Shown here piece by piece: positions 9,252 through 19,677 of a stretch of DNA of 46,245 bases. The stretch's first letter is position 1. Every line of letters begins with the position of its first letter. This DNA is from Candidatus Saccharimonadota bacterium. Lineage in GTDB: Bacteria > Patescibacteriota > Saccharimonadia > Saccharimonadales > Saccharimonadaceae. The position numbers were made by a program, and so were the translations under genes. The stretch covers positions 1-46,245 of the forward strand of contig JAFUBU010000056.1 of NCBI GenBank assembly GCA_017460045.1, given 5' to 3'. Below the pieces are notes generated by a model that did no database searches, was not told where the DNA came from, and was given only the letters and a program-made list of their open reading frames with translations.

Positions 9252-10015
9252 AAAATTTCCTCCAATTTATTGCCGGCGTGGCGGACGAGCGACATGACGC
9301 GACTGTAATTTTGGCGAGTCGGGCCGAGGACGCCGATATAACTATTATCAGAGTAGGGCGAGCGAAACTTACTAATAATCAGCGAGACGCCGGAGCTTTT
9401 GCCAATCGGATTTTCCTGACCAATAAAGATATTGAGCGGGTCGCCCGGAGCGGCTTCGCGAAGCCAAGGCTCGAGGTTATCAAGTAGCTTTGCGACCGCC
9501 TGGACGCGGTTGTTGTCGGAAAACTCCGGTTGGGTAAAGAGGCGCGAAATACCAGCAAGGTAAAGCTGGTCGCCGATAGTCGCGAGGCCAAGATTTCCGG
9601 TCAATTCGACGAGCGAATCGACGGCGCCGCGAATCGCAAGATCGGCCCGATTCTGGGACGAGACGCGAAGCTCGAGAGCATGGACCGGGCGCTCAAGGGA
9701 CGGCGGGGTAGTAATACGGACTTGGAGCGGAGACTCGTAATACTCGGGGGTCTCCTCGTCGATTTCGCGGTCGACCTCCTCGGTCATCGAATTCACGTAA
9801 AGTCGGTAACCAGCGTCGGTCGGGATACGTCCGGAGGAAGTATGGGGCTGGGCAATTAAGCCGTAGGCCTCGAGCCGAGCCATCTCGGAGCGAATCGTCG
9901 CGCTCGAAACGTCAAAAAGCTTCGCGAGGGTAACACTCCCGACGGGAGCGGCCATCTCGGAATACTCCTCAATGATTGCGAAAAGAATTTCCTTCTGACG
10001 CTCAGTTAATTCCAT
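9248..10015 (-). CDS. hrcA: Heat-inducible transcription repressor HrcA
   Basis: LTERQKEILFAIIEEY..PVGS, SSATIRSEM, QPHTSSGRIPT and GVLGPTRQNY. Start set to ATG 10015, 6 nt after TATAAT. Confidence 0.95.
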   Translation of the reverse strand: MELTERQKEILFAIIEEYSEMAAPVGSVTLAKLFDVSSATIRSEMARLEAYGLIAQPHTSSGRIPTDAGYRLYVNSMTEEVDREIDEETPEYYESPLQVRITTPPSLERPVHALELRVSSQNRADLAIRGAVDSLVELTGNLGLATIGDQLYLAGISRLFTQPEFSDNNRVQAVAKLLDNLEPWLREAAPGDPLNIFIGQENPIGKSSGVSLIISKFRSPYSDNSYIGVLGPTRQNYSRVMSLVRHAGNKLEEIL

Positions 10016-10032
10016 AGTTAAATTATACTCCA

Positions 10033-10059
10033 TTGGCAGACGAATAGCAAGAGTGCTAG
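10033..10059. promoter_or_regulatory. CIRCE operator overlapping the hrcA promoter
   Basis: TTGGCAGAC-N9-GAGTGCTAG versus consensus TTAGCACTC-N9-GAGTGCTAA. The minus-strand -35 TTGCTA lies in the spacer, 17 bp from TATAAT. Confidence 0.85.
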
Positions 10060-10096
10060 TTCTAAAATTGGGTCAGGCAAAGCCTAGCCCAATTTT
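10056..10096. repeat. Short REP-like hairpin repeat, copy 1
   Basis: CTAGTTCTAAAATTGGGTCAGGC-AAA-GCCTAGCCCAATTTT; 27 of the first 29 nt match 30777-30805. Confidence 0.7.
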
Positions 10097-10128
10097 GATA
10101 ATCTCTTTAACTGTGGTAAAATAAAAGA

Positions 10129-12114
10129 ATGGAAAAGAGTGGAGCGAAATCGATTTTGAAGGGTTTGAATCCGGCGCAAGTAGATGCGGCGGAGACGCTC
10201 GAAGGTCCGATTCTGATTTTGGCGGGGGCAGGCTCTGGTAAGACCAAGACCTTGACCGTCCGAATCGCGAATTTGATTGCGCACGGTGTACCGCCTAGAG
10301 ATATTTTGGCTGTTACTTTTACCAATAAAGCGGCGAAAGAAATGCGCAACCGTCTGTGGCGAATTTTGAACCCGGATACTCGCGAAGATGTCGCCGCGCC
10401 GAGACATTTTATGCCCTATATGGGGACGTTTCATGGGATTTGCGTCCGAATTTTACATATCGAATACGCCGCGGCGGGGCTTGACCCGAATTTTACAATT
10501 TACGATACCGAGGACCAGCTCGCGCTAATTAAACGCATCATGAAAGATTTACATATCGACAACAAGGCGGTTAAGCCGAAGCTGGTTCAGTCGATTATTT
10601 CGCAGTCGAAAAACGCCGGGCTTAGTCCGGAGGATTATGAGGCGACTTGTTACTATCCGAACCAACGAGCGGCGGCGAAGATTTATGCGCGCTACGAAGT
10701 CGAAAAACGCCGGGCTTCGGCGCTGGATTTTGACGATTTATTGCTCGAGACGGCGCGGCTATTTCGGGAGAACAAGCCGATACGCGAAAAGTGGCGCAAG
10801 CGATTTCAACATATTTTAGTCGACGAGTACCAGGACACTAACCATATTCAATATGAGCTAATTCGGATGTTAGTTAATGAGAAGCGAAATATTTGCGTCG
10901 TCGGGGACGACTGGCAATCGATTTATTCTTGGCGCGGAGCGGATTTTACTAACATTTTGAACTTCGAGCGAGATTTTCCGGGAGCAAAGGTCGTCAAGCT
11001 CGAGCAGAATTACCGCTCGACTGGAAATATTTTGAAGGCCTCGCAGAAAATTATTACCAAAAATAAGACGCGGACCGATAAGGAGCTCTTTACCGAGGCG
11101 GGAGACGGCGAGCCGGTCGAGATCGAGAGTTTGGCGGATGAAACGCAGGAAGCGGGGTATGTCGCGATGAAAATCCTCGAGATGAAACGAAAATATTCCG
11201 ACTTTGCGATTCTCTACCGGACCAACGCCCAATCTTACACATTTGAAAAAGCGTTTATTACGGCGAAAATTCCGTATAAAATCGTCGGCGGGGTACGTTT
11301 CTACGACCGGAAGGAGGTCAAAGACGTCCTCGCGATTTTGAAAGTATTAGTCAACCCGGCAGACAGGGTCGCGCTCGAGCGAGTCGTCGGGAACGTACTT
11401 TTGGGGATTGGAGCGGCGAGCCTGGCGAAAATCCTCGACCGACTTTCGGCGCTAGAGCTAGCGGGACGAGCGAACGAAAACCCGCTGACCGAGACGAGTA
11501 TTCTGGAAGGGCTGACGGCGAAAGCGCGCAACGCTTTTTCGCGGCTACAGAACTTCATTCGGACGACCGACCTCGAAAATACCTCGCCGGTCGAAATTAT
11601 CAATCGAGCGATTTCCTATTTTGAGTTTGCGAAGTTGCTCGACGACGGAACGCCGAGCGGTCAAGAGCGAATCGAAAACCTCTCGGTCCTCGCATCGAAC
11701 GCGGCGCCGTACGAGTCGCTCGAAGAGTTTTTAGCGGACGCGGCTTTGATGTCGTCGGCGGACGAAGAGACTTCGAAAAATTCGGTGACGCTAATGACGC
11801 TCCACGCGGCGAAGGGACTAGAATTTCCGGTCGTTTTTGTCGTCGGAATGGAAGACGGGTTATTCCCGAGCGCGAGATGCGTCGAGGACGAAAACGGGCT
11901 AGAGGAGGAGCGGCGGCTCGCCTACGTCGGGATGACGCGGGCGGAAGAAAAACTGTTTTTGACCTATGCGAAGTCGAGGTTTACATTCGGCTCGCGCGCC
12001 TATACTGAGCCGTCGCGATTTTTGCTCGAGCTCGGATACAATCCGTATGGGGCGAACGACTACGAAGATGACCCATTTCCAGATGACGTGCCAGTTTATA
12101 ACTATTCGTATTAG
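10129..12114 (+). CDS. pcrA: ATP-dependent DNA helicase PcrA/UvrD
   Basis: SF1 motifs LAGAGSGKT, TFTNKAA, VDEYQDTN, VGDDWQSIYSWRGA, LEQNYRS, MTLHAAKGLEF and EEERRLAYVGMTRA. Confidence 0.95.
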   Translation: MEKSGAKSILKGLNPAQVDAAETLEGPILILAGAGSGKTKTLTVRIANLIAHGVPPRDILAVTFTNKAAKEMRNRLWRILNPDTREDVAAPRHFMPYMGTFHGICVRILHIEYAAAGLDPNFTIYDTEDQLALIKRIMKDLHIDNKAVKPKLVQSIISQSKNAGLSPEDYEATCYYPNQRAAAKIYARYEVEKRRASALDFDDLLLETARLFRENKPIREKWRKRFQHILVDEYQDTNHIQYELIRMLVNEKRNICVVGDDWQSIYSWRGADFTNILNFERDFPGAKVVKLEQNYRSTGNILKASQKIITKNKTRTDKELFTEAGDGEPVEIESLADETQEAGYVAMKILEMKRKYSDFAILYRTNAQSYTFEKAFITAKIPYKIVGGVRFYDRKEVKDVLAILKVLVNPADRVALERVVGNVLLGIGAASLAKILDRLSALELAGRANENPLTETSILEGLTAKARNAFSRLQNFIRTTDLENTSPVEIINRAISYFEFAKLLDDGTPSGQERIENLSVLASNAAPYESLEEFLADAALMSSADEETSKNSVTLMTLHAAKGLEFPVVFVVGMEDGLFPSARCVEDENGLEEERRLAYVGMTRAEEKLFLTYAKSRFTFGSRAYTEPSRFLLELGYNPYGANDYEDDPFPDDVPVYNYSY

Positions 12115-12279
12115 AAGGCGAAATAAATACTTTTTGTCGCCCCAGTCTCACTCAAAAATGTCATACGCTGGACCGCCGGCGGAACCGCCCTTCGGGCGAA
12201 CCCGTCGGGGTCGTCAGGAATATACATTTTCTCGTTCGCAGGTGGAAATGTCGACAAAAAGTGTTTATTCTCGCCTTCT
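12113..12279. repeat. Long rod-like palindromic element between convergent pcrA and murA
   Basis: Imperfect ~27-bp terminal IR (12113-12139/12252-12279), inner stems, and apical hairpin CGCCC-TTC-GGGCG. Confidence 0.8.
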
Positions 12280-12282
12280 CTA

Positions 12283-13827
12283 TCAAATCCCTGTTAATGG
12301 GTGGACATCTGCACCGAGATGGCGCAACCTGGCGGCGAAATCTTGGTAGCCGCGGTTGATCGGGTAGACGTTGCGGAGGACGGAGGTCCCGGGAGCGGCA
12401 AGCATCGCGATTAAGATTACGACGCTCGGGCGAAGAGCCGGAGGCGCGACGAGCTCGGCGGGGCGCCAGTTGGTCGGACCCTCGATATAGACGCGGTGGG
12501 CGTCGAGGAGTTCGACTTTAGCGTTTAAGTTGCTCAGCTCAGTCGTATAGACGGCCCGGTTTTCAAAAACCCAATCGTGGATCAAGGTTCGACCCTCGGC
12601 GGTCGCGGCAATAACGGAGAAGAAAGGGAGGTTGTCGATATTAAGACCCGGGAACGGGAGAGGGTGGATTTTATCGACCGGCGCGACGAGGTCGGATTTC
12701 TTGACGGTTAAATCAACGAGGCGAGTATAGCCATTATGCGAAAGGTATTCCGGCGAGACTTCGATTTTCGCGTGCATATCCTTTAATACCTCAAGTTCGT
12801 ATTCCAAGAACTCAATCGGCGCGCGCGTAATTGTAATCTCGGAACGGGTCGCGAGGGCGGCGGCAATAAACGACATCGCCTCAATCGGGTCTTCGGACGG
12901 CGAATAGTCGACGTCGGTATCGATTTCTTCCTTGCCCTCGACCTTGAGGGTCGTCGTACCAATACCGGAAATCTTTACGCCAAGCTTTCTCAGATAGAAG
13001 CAAACGTCTTGGACCATATAGTTCGGCGAAGCGCCGACGATAATCGTCTTCCCGGGATAGCGAGCAGCGGCCATCAAGATATTTTCAGTTACGGTATCGC
13101 CGCGCTCGGTCAGAACAATCCGACGGTCCGGACGGCCTTGAAGTTTCTTGACGGTAATTTCATAAAAACCGCTATTTTTCTCGGCGTCGACGTTGAGGCC
13201 GAAAGAATCGAGAGCCTTGAGATGGGGCTCGACCGTCCGCGTCCCAAGCGAACAACCGCCGGCATAGGGGAGACGGAACTTTTCGTAAGCATGGAGTAGC
13301 GGGCCCATAAACATAATAACCGAGCGAGTTTTCCGAGCGGCGTCGATATTCATTTCGTCGAGCTTCAATTCGCGTGGTGGTATAATTTCGAGGTCGCGCT
13401 TGCGGTTAATCCAGTGGCACTTAACGCCGATGCTCTCGAGGACTTCGACGATACGGAAGACTTCCTCGATACGCGCAAGATGATGAAAAGTCGTTTTGCC
13501 GGAGTTGACAAGCGAGGCGCAGAGAAGACCGACCGCGGCATTTTTCGAGGTATAAGTCGTAATTTCGCCGGAGAGTTCTTTGCCGCCGTTGATGCGGAGA
13601 GACTGGGTCGTAGAGGTATTAATCGACAAAATCGGCGAGCCGAAAAAGCTCGAAAGTTTGCTGACCATCTCGAGAGAGATATTTTGGCCGCCCTTCTCGA
13701 TACGATGGATTGCGGACTGGGACGTACCGATAGCCTCGGCAAGCTCGCTCTGGGTCAAGCCTTTTTCTAGGCGCATACGCGCAATAACGGAGCCAATAGC
13801 CTCCTGATAACTCTGCTGTTTTTTCAT
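12283..13827 (-). CDS. murA: UDP-N-acetylglucosamine 1-carboxyvinyltransferase with N-terminal XRE-type HTH
   Basis: HTH RLEKGLTQSELAEAIGTSQSAIHRIEKG, then MurA motifs SKNA, AGGCSLGTR (catalytic Cys), PFPG, FENR and INRGY. Confidence 0.92.
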   Translation of the reverse strand: MKKQQSYQEAIGSVIARMRLEKGLTQSELAEAIGTSQSAIHRIEKGGQNISLEMVSKLSSFFGSPILSINTSTTQSLRINGGKELSGEITTYTSKNAAVGLLCASLVNSGKTTFHHLARIEEVFRIVEVLESIGVKCHWINRKRDLEIIPPRELKLDEMNIDAARKTRSVIMFMGPLLHAYEKFRLPYAGGCSLGTRTVEPHLKALDSFGLNVDAEKNSGFYEITVKKLQGRPDRRIVLTERGDTVTENILMAAARYPGKTIIVGASPNYMVQDVCFYLRKLGVKISGIGTTTLKVEGKEEIDTDVDYSPSEDPIEAMSFIAAALATRSEITITRAPIEFLEYELEVLKDMHAKIEVSPEYLSHNGYTRLVDLTVKKSDLVAPVDKIHPLPFPGLNIDNLPFFSVIAATAEGRTLIHDWVFENRAVYTTELSNLNAKVELLDAHRVYIEGPTNWRPAELVAPPALRPSVVILIAMLAAPGTSVLRNVYPINRGYQDFAARLRHLGADVHPLTGI

Positions 13828-13856
13828 ACTAAAATTATATCACGAGATGAATATTT

Positions 13857-16208
<2,352 letters not shown>

Positions 16209-16229
16209 AGGGTTATTATATCACAAAAT

Positions 16230-17339
16230 CTAGTTTTCGGCGGGCTCGACCGGGGCGGTCGGCTCGACCGGCTCGGTAGGCTGGCCCTCGGTAGAATTCG
16301 GCTCAGTCGGAGCCGGCTCGGCGGCAGGCTCGGCTTGAGGAGCGTCGGCCGGCGTCTCGGTAGCTTCGCCTTCGGCCTTGGTCTCGGTCTTAGCCTCGAT
16401 GATGATACCTTTAGTGTCGTTGATACCGTTACCGGTAACGTCGTAGTGTTTCCCCTCGGCGATTTTAATACCGGAGACGTTCAAAATACCGGTCCCGCCG
16501 TCGATAGTTAAGTCGCCCTCGGAATAAATCGAAGTAAAGGTCTCCGGGGCGGTAACGGCGAGGGTATTTTCGGTATCGTCGTCGAGGACGAGCGTAAGTT
16601 TATTCTCGGAGAAGTTGGAAATAGCGGAAGCGCCGGTCGCAGTAATCGAAACGTTGTCGAGATAAAGCGTCACTCCGCCCGGGGCGTTGATTTTAACCGG
16701 GAAAGTCGTAGTACCGGTTAAGATATAATGGCTCGCCTCGGTAATTTGAATCTCGGTTTCAAACGTCGAAAGGTCGATTACGGTAGCGGTCTGGCGCGGG
16801 TCGACATACTGGGGCTGGGCGGTATTTTCGGAATTGTTGGCGTCGGAGGCACTAGGCTGGGCAAAGAGAGCGATAAGGACTCCGGCCGTAACAATAATAA
16901 TCGGTATTAAGATAATCAAGAGAATAATGGCTTTATTGAGGCCATGTTTCGGCATATTCGTCTCGGCCGGAATACTACTCGGGTCGGGGAGATTACTCGC
17001 CTCGCGAGCGGCCGACATCTGTTCTTTGATGCGAGAATATTCATTTGCCTTGTTCATAGTCGGCATCGTAGCCGGGCGCGGCGCGGTCGGGCGCGGAGTC
17101 GGCTCGGCGGTCGGAACTTCGGCGGTAAAGGTCTCGCGCGGAGTCGCCGGACGAGAAGACGCAAAGGGGTCTTGGCTCGCGGTCGGGGCGGGTCGAGCCG
17201 AGCTCATACTCGGGGTCGGACTCGGGGTCGAACTCGGGGTCTGGCTCGGCGGGGCTACTCTCGAGGTCTCGGAGGGCGCGGCAGAACCAAAACTATCTTT
17301 AATAATATCATCTGCAATGTTGTTTAACTCTTTATCCAT
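16230..17339 (-). CDS. Single-pass membrane protein with Pro/Ser-rich N-terminus and a probable Cthe_2159/DUF4353-like beta-helix domain
   Basis: TM helix followed by ITEASHYILTGT..VTLYLDNVSIT..LTLVLDDDTENTL..IYSEGDLTIDGGTGILNV, recognised by eye; acidic Pro-rich tail. Confidence 0.65.
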   Translation of the reverse strand: MDKELNNIADDIIKDSFGSAAPSETSRVAPPSQTPSSTPSPTPSMSSARPAPTASQDPFASSRPATPRETFTAEVPTAEPTPRPTAPRPATMPTMNKANEYSRIKEQMSAAREASNLPDPSSIPAETNMPKHGLNKAIILLIILIPIIIVTAGVLIALFAQPSASDANNSENTAQPQYVDPRQTATVIDLSTFETEIQITEASHYILTGTTTFPVKINAPGGVTLYLDNVSITATGASAISNFSENKLTLVLDDDTENTLAVTAPETFTSIYSEGDLTIDGGTGILNVSGIKIAEGKHYDVTGNGINDTKGIIIEAKTETKAEGEATETPADAPQAEPAAEPAPTEPNSTEGQPTEPVEPTAPVEPAEN

Positions 17340-17346
17340 AAGCTTA

Positions 17347-17919
17347 TTATACCAAGCTCGGAAGATTTTGTAAATCTTTTATGGAATTAATCTCGTCAAA
17401 TCGCTCGAGATGGAGATGTTTAGCGTCCGGGCGACCTTTCATAGCCTTAAGCTCCTCGAGCGTAACTTCTAGGACCTCGATTTCTTCGCCGCCCTGGTCA
17501 AGAGACTGTTCGGTTTCGGATTCAAAATCGGTCGCGACGAAAGTATAAATAATTCGGTCTTCCTTGGACTCCCTCTGTTCGGCGGAAATTAGTTTCCAGT
17601 TTTTGAAGGAAAGGCCGGTTTCCTCTTTTAACTCTCTTTTGGCGGCCTCAAGCTCGGTCTCCTCCTCGTTTTCATGGCGGCCGCCGGGGAAGCTGTAGAA
17701 CCAGTCGGTATCCGGCTGGCGCTGTCGTTCGATGACGAGTTTGTCGTCTTTTATTGCAAAAATTACAACGGTATCTTCGCGTCTGAGCATCTCAAAAGTC
17801 TCGATTCGGCCGTCGAACATTTTTTGAGGCCACTCGTAGACCTTGAAAATTTTACCGTCGTAGACTTTAGTGGCATTTTCGGGGATAAGCCGAGCGTCTT
17901 TTGGAATATAACTTCTCAT
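17347..17919 (-). CDS. NUDIX hydrolase
   Basis: Nudix box GGRHENEEETELEAAKRELKEETG; overlaps the stop of the upstream gene. Confidence 0.9.
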   Translation of the reverse strand: MRSYIPKDARLIPENATKVYDGKIFKVYEWPQKMFDGRIETFEMLRREDTVVIFAIKDDKLVIERQRQPDTDWFYSFPGGRHENEEETELEAAKRELKEETGLSFKNWKLISAEQRESKEDRIIYTFVATDFESETEQSLDQGGEEIEVLEVTLEELKAMKGRPDAKHLHLERFDEINSIKDLQNLPSLV

Positions 17920-18965
17920 AATTTCTCCTTTAATTTATGTAAATAATACAGCTTCGTTACCGGCATTTCGAAACCGCCGATAAGCTCTATGACGTAGCCA
18001 CCGAAACCTTTCTTAAAGCGGTACATTCCGTAAGCGGGGTCGGTCTTGTCGAAGTTTCCGGAGATACCGTAGAAGTTGTAGCGCTTGTAGCCGTTTTTGT
18101 AGGCGTAGTTGATAATTTCCCATTGAATAAGATACTGGGCGTTTTGGTCGAGGTATTCTTCAGCGTTGCCGGCGATGAGATAGATAATTTCCCTCTTTCC
18201 GGAAAGCAAAAACATCCCGCAAGAGAGCTGTTTAGTTTCTTTGCCGTCCCTTAATTCGGCCATGAGGAACTTAACGTCTTTTCCGAAGAGGTCGTAAAAA
18301 TCTTCGTAGTAATCCAGAGGCTTGTTGTCTTTTTGAAAACCTTTGCGCTCGGCGGTCCGGCTACACATTTTATAGAAATCTTTTAGCTCATCGCGTTTTA
18401 ATTCGCGGATTTTAATTTCAGACCTTAAGGTACGGTTAATCAAGTTTCTAGTATTTTGGCGGAAAGATTTTTTGAGCTCCTCGGGAGGTCGATCGAGGTC
18501 GAGGGCAAAGAGCCATTTAATCTGGTCGGGATGGGGGTCGATTTTGATGCCGAGTTTTTTAAGATTATCGATAGCGGCTTGGTGGTCAAAGCCCTGCTCG
18601 ACGATCTTGCCGTCGAGGTCGCGCTCCCGGTATTCGAAATAGGGATCGAAGCGGAAAACGTAGCCGCCCTGGCTCTTGATATATTGCTTAAGGCTCGTAA
18701 AGAAGATTTTGAGGAGCTTTTCGTCTTCATAGTCAATCAGCGGGCCGCGGGGGGCGTAGAAGACTTTTTTCTTGAAAGCGGCGGGCTTCGAGAGCATCAT
18801 AGTCGCGGCGAGGATTTTATTTTGGTTTTTTAGCCCGACATAGTACTTCCGCCAACCGCGCTTCTCGCGATACGCGGCGAGGGCCGGGGTTTGGAAAAAG
18901 GAAAACTGAGGGTGTTTTTCGGCGAATTTTTTGAATTCGGTTTCGGTAAGCGTAGTAAATTCCAT
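17916..18965 (-). CDS. FemAB/FemX-family peptidoglycan interpeptide bridge aminoacyltransferase
   Basis: SFFQT, YAPRGPLIDY, AQYLIQW, YNFYGISG.F and YRFKKGFGG..ELIGGF. Confidence 0.9.
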   Translation of the reverse strand: MEFTTLTETEFKKFAEKHPQFSFFQTPALAAYREKRGWRKYYVGLKNQNKILAATMMLSKPAAFKKKVFYAPRGPLIDYEDEKLLKIFFTSLKQYIKSQGGYVFRFDPYFEYRERDLDGKIVEQGFDHQAAIDNLKKLGIKIDPHPDQIKWLFALDLDRPPEELKKSFRQNTRNLINRTLRSEIKIRELKRDELKDFYKMCSRTAERKGFQKDNKPLDYYEDFYDLFGKDVKFLMAELRDGKETKQLSCGMFLLSGKREIIYLIAGNAEEYLDQNAQYLIQWEIINYAYKNGYKRYNFYGISGNFDKTDPAYGMYRFKKGFGGYVIELIGGFEMPVTKLYYLHKLKEKL

Positions 18966-19070
18966 TAGAATAATTATACCACATCGGCCGGGGTTTGGCG
19001 GTAGATTGGCGGTCGCCGGGGTTTATGTTTGACGTGGCTACTTGCGCGAGTTGGTCGTGGCTAGCTGCGG

Positions 19071-19265
19071 CTATTTGCGCGAGTTGGTCGCGACGACGAC
19101 GAAAATCGTAATAGCGGCGACAAGCGCAATTGCAATCGCAATTACCGCGCCGATTTTCCGGCCAGAGGCCTTGTTTCGCGCAAGGTTTTCCTCGACCCGC
19201 GCCCGGTCGAGCGCGATTAGGCGCTTTAGCTCGGCCTCGCTGAGTTGTTTTTTGGGCTGTTCCAT
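19071..19265 (-). CDS. Small membrane protein (64 aa)
   Basis: MEQPKKQLSE... with a C-terminal TM helix. ATG 19265 is 7 nt after TGATACAAT; the upstream frame extension runs through repeats. Confidence 0.65.
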   Translation of the reverse strand: MEQPKKQLSEAELKRLIALDRARVEENLARNKASGRKIGAVIAIAIALVAAITIFVVVATNSRK

Positions 19266-19333
19266 TATATATATTGTATCACAAGTTGGGGATTTTAGGG
19301 AGCGGCGATGCAACGGACAGACTGACCGAAGTA

Positions 19334-19527
19334 CTGGTAAGTTTGCCTCGTGCGCATTCGCGCACGAGACGTCTTGGTCTGGTTGCAAGCAACCAGACCA
19401 GTCTCGGGCGCTCGGAGAAAGTAGCTACACGCTACTTTCTTGAAAATTCGCCAAAAACAAAAATAGAAGAGCAAGCTCTTCATTTTTTTACTCTGGTAAG
19501 TTTGCCTCGTGCGCATTCGCGCACGAG
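19334..19527. repeat. Two identical 35-bp REP-like hairpin repeats
   Basis: CTGGTAAGTTTGC-CTCGTGCGC-ATTC-GCGCACGAG at 19334-19368 and 19493-19527, with another hairpin TGGTCTGGTTGC-AA-GCAACCAGACCA between them. Confidence 0.85.
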
Positions 19528-19540
19528 TTTGCCTTTCCAA

Positions 19541-19560
19541 AAACTTCCGCAGGAAGTTTT
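19541..19560 (-). terminator. Probable terminator of tRNA-Pro
   Basis: AAACTTCC-GCA-GGAAGTTT hairpin immediately 3' of the tRNA CCA. Confidence 0.55.
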
Positions 19561-19636
19561 TGGTCGGGGCTAGCAGTCTTGAACTGCTGACCTCTGCTTC
19601 CCAAAAGCAGCGCGCTACCAACTGCGCCAAGCCCCG
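19561..19636 (-). tRNA. tRNA-Pro(TGG)
   Basis: Reverse complement CGGGGCT...AGCCCCG-A-CCA; anticodon arm CTGCT-TTTGGGA-AGCAG; T-loop TTCAAGA; TGATATAAT upstream. Confidence 0.95.
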
Positions 19637-19677
19637 GTATCTGAAATTATATCACAGACACCGAGGTTTTTCTAGGG

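Noticed and set aside
12113-12279. 6S RNA
   Set aside because: Size and rod-with-bubble shape fit, but there is no room for its own promoter between the two stop codons and similar rods recur elsewhere. An Rfam scan would be needed to exclude it fully.
19334-19527. 35-bp palindromic direct repeats as a CRISPR array
   Set aside because: Only two units, a 124-bp spacer that is itself structured, and no cas genes in the window.
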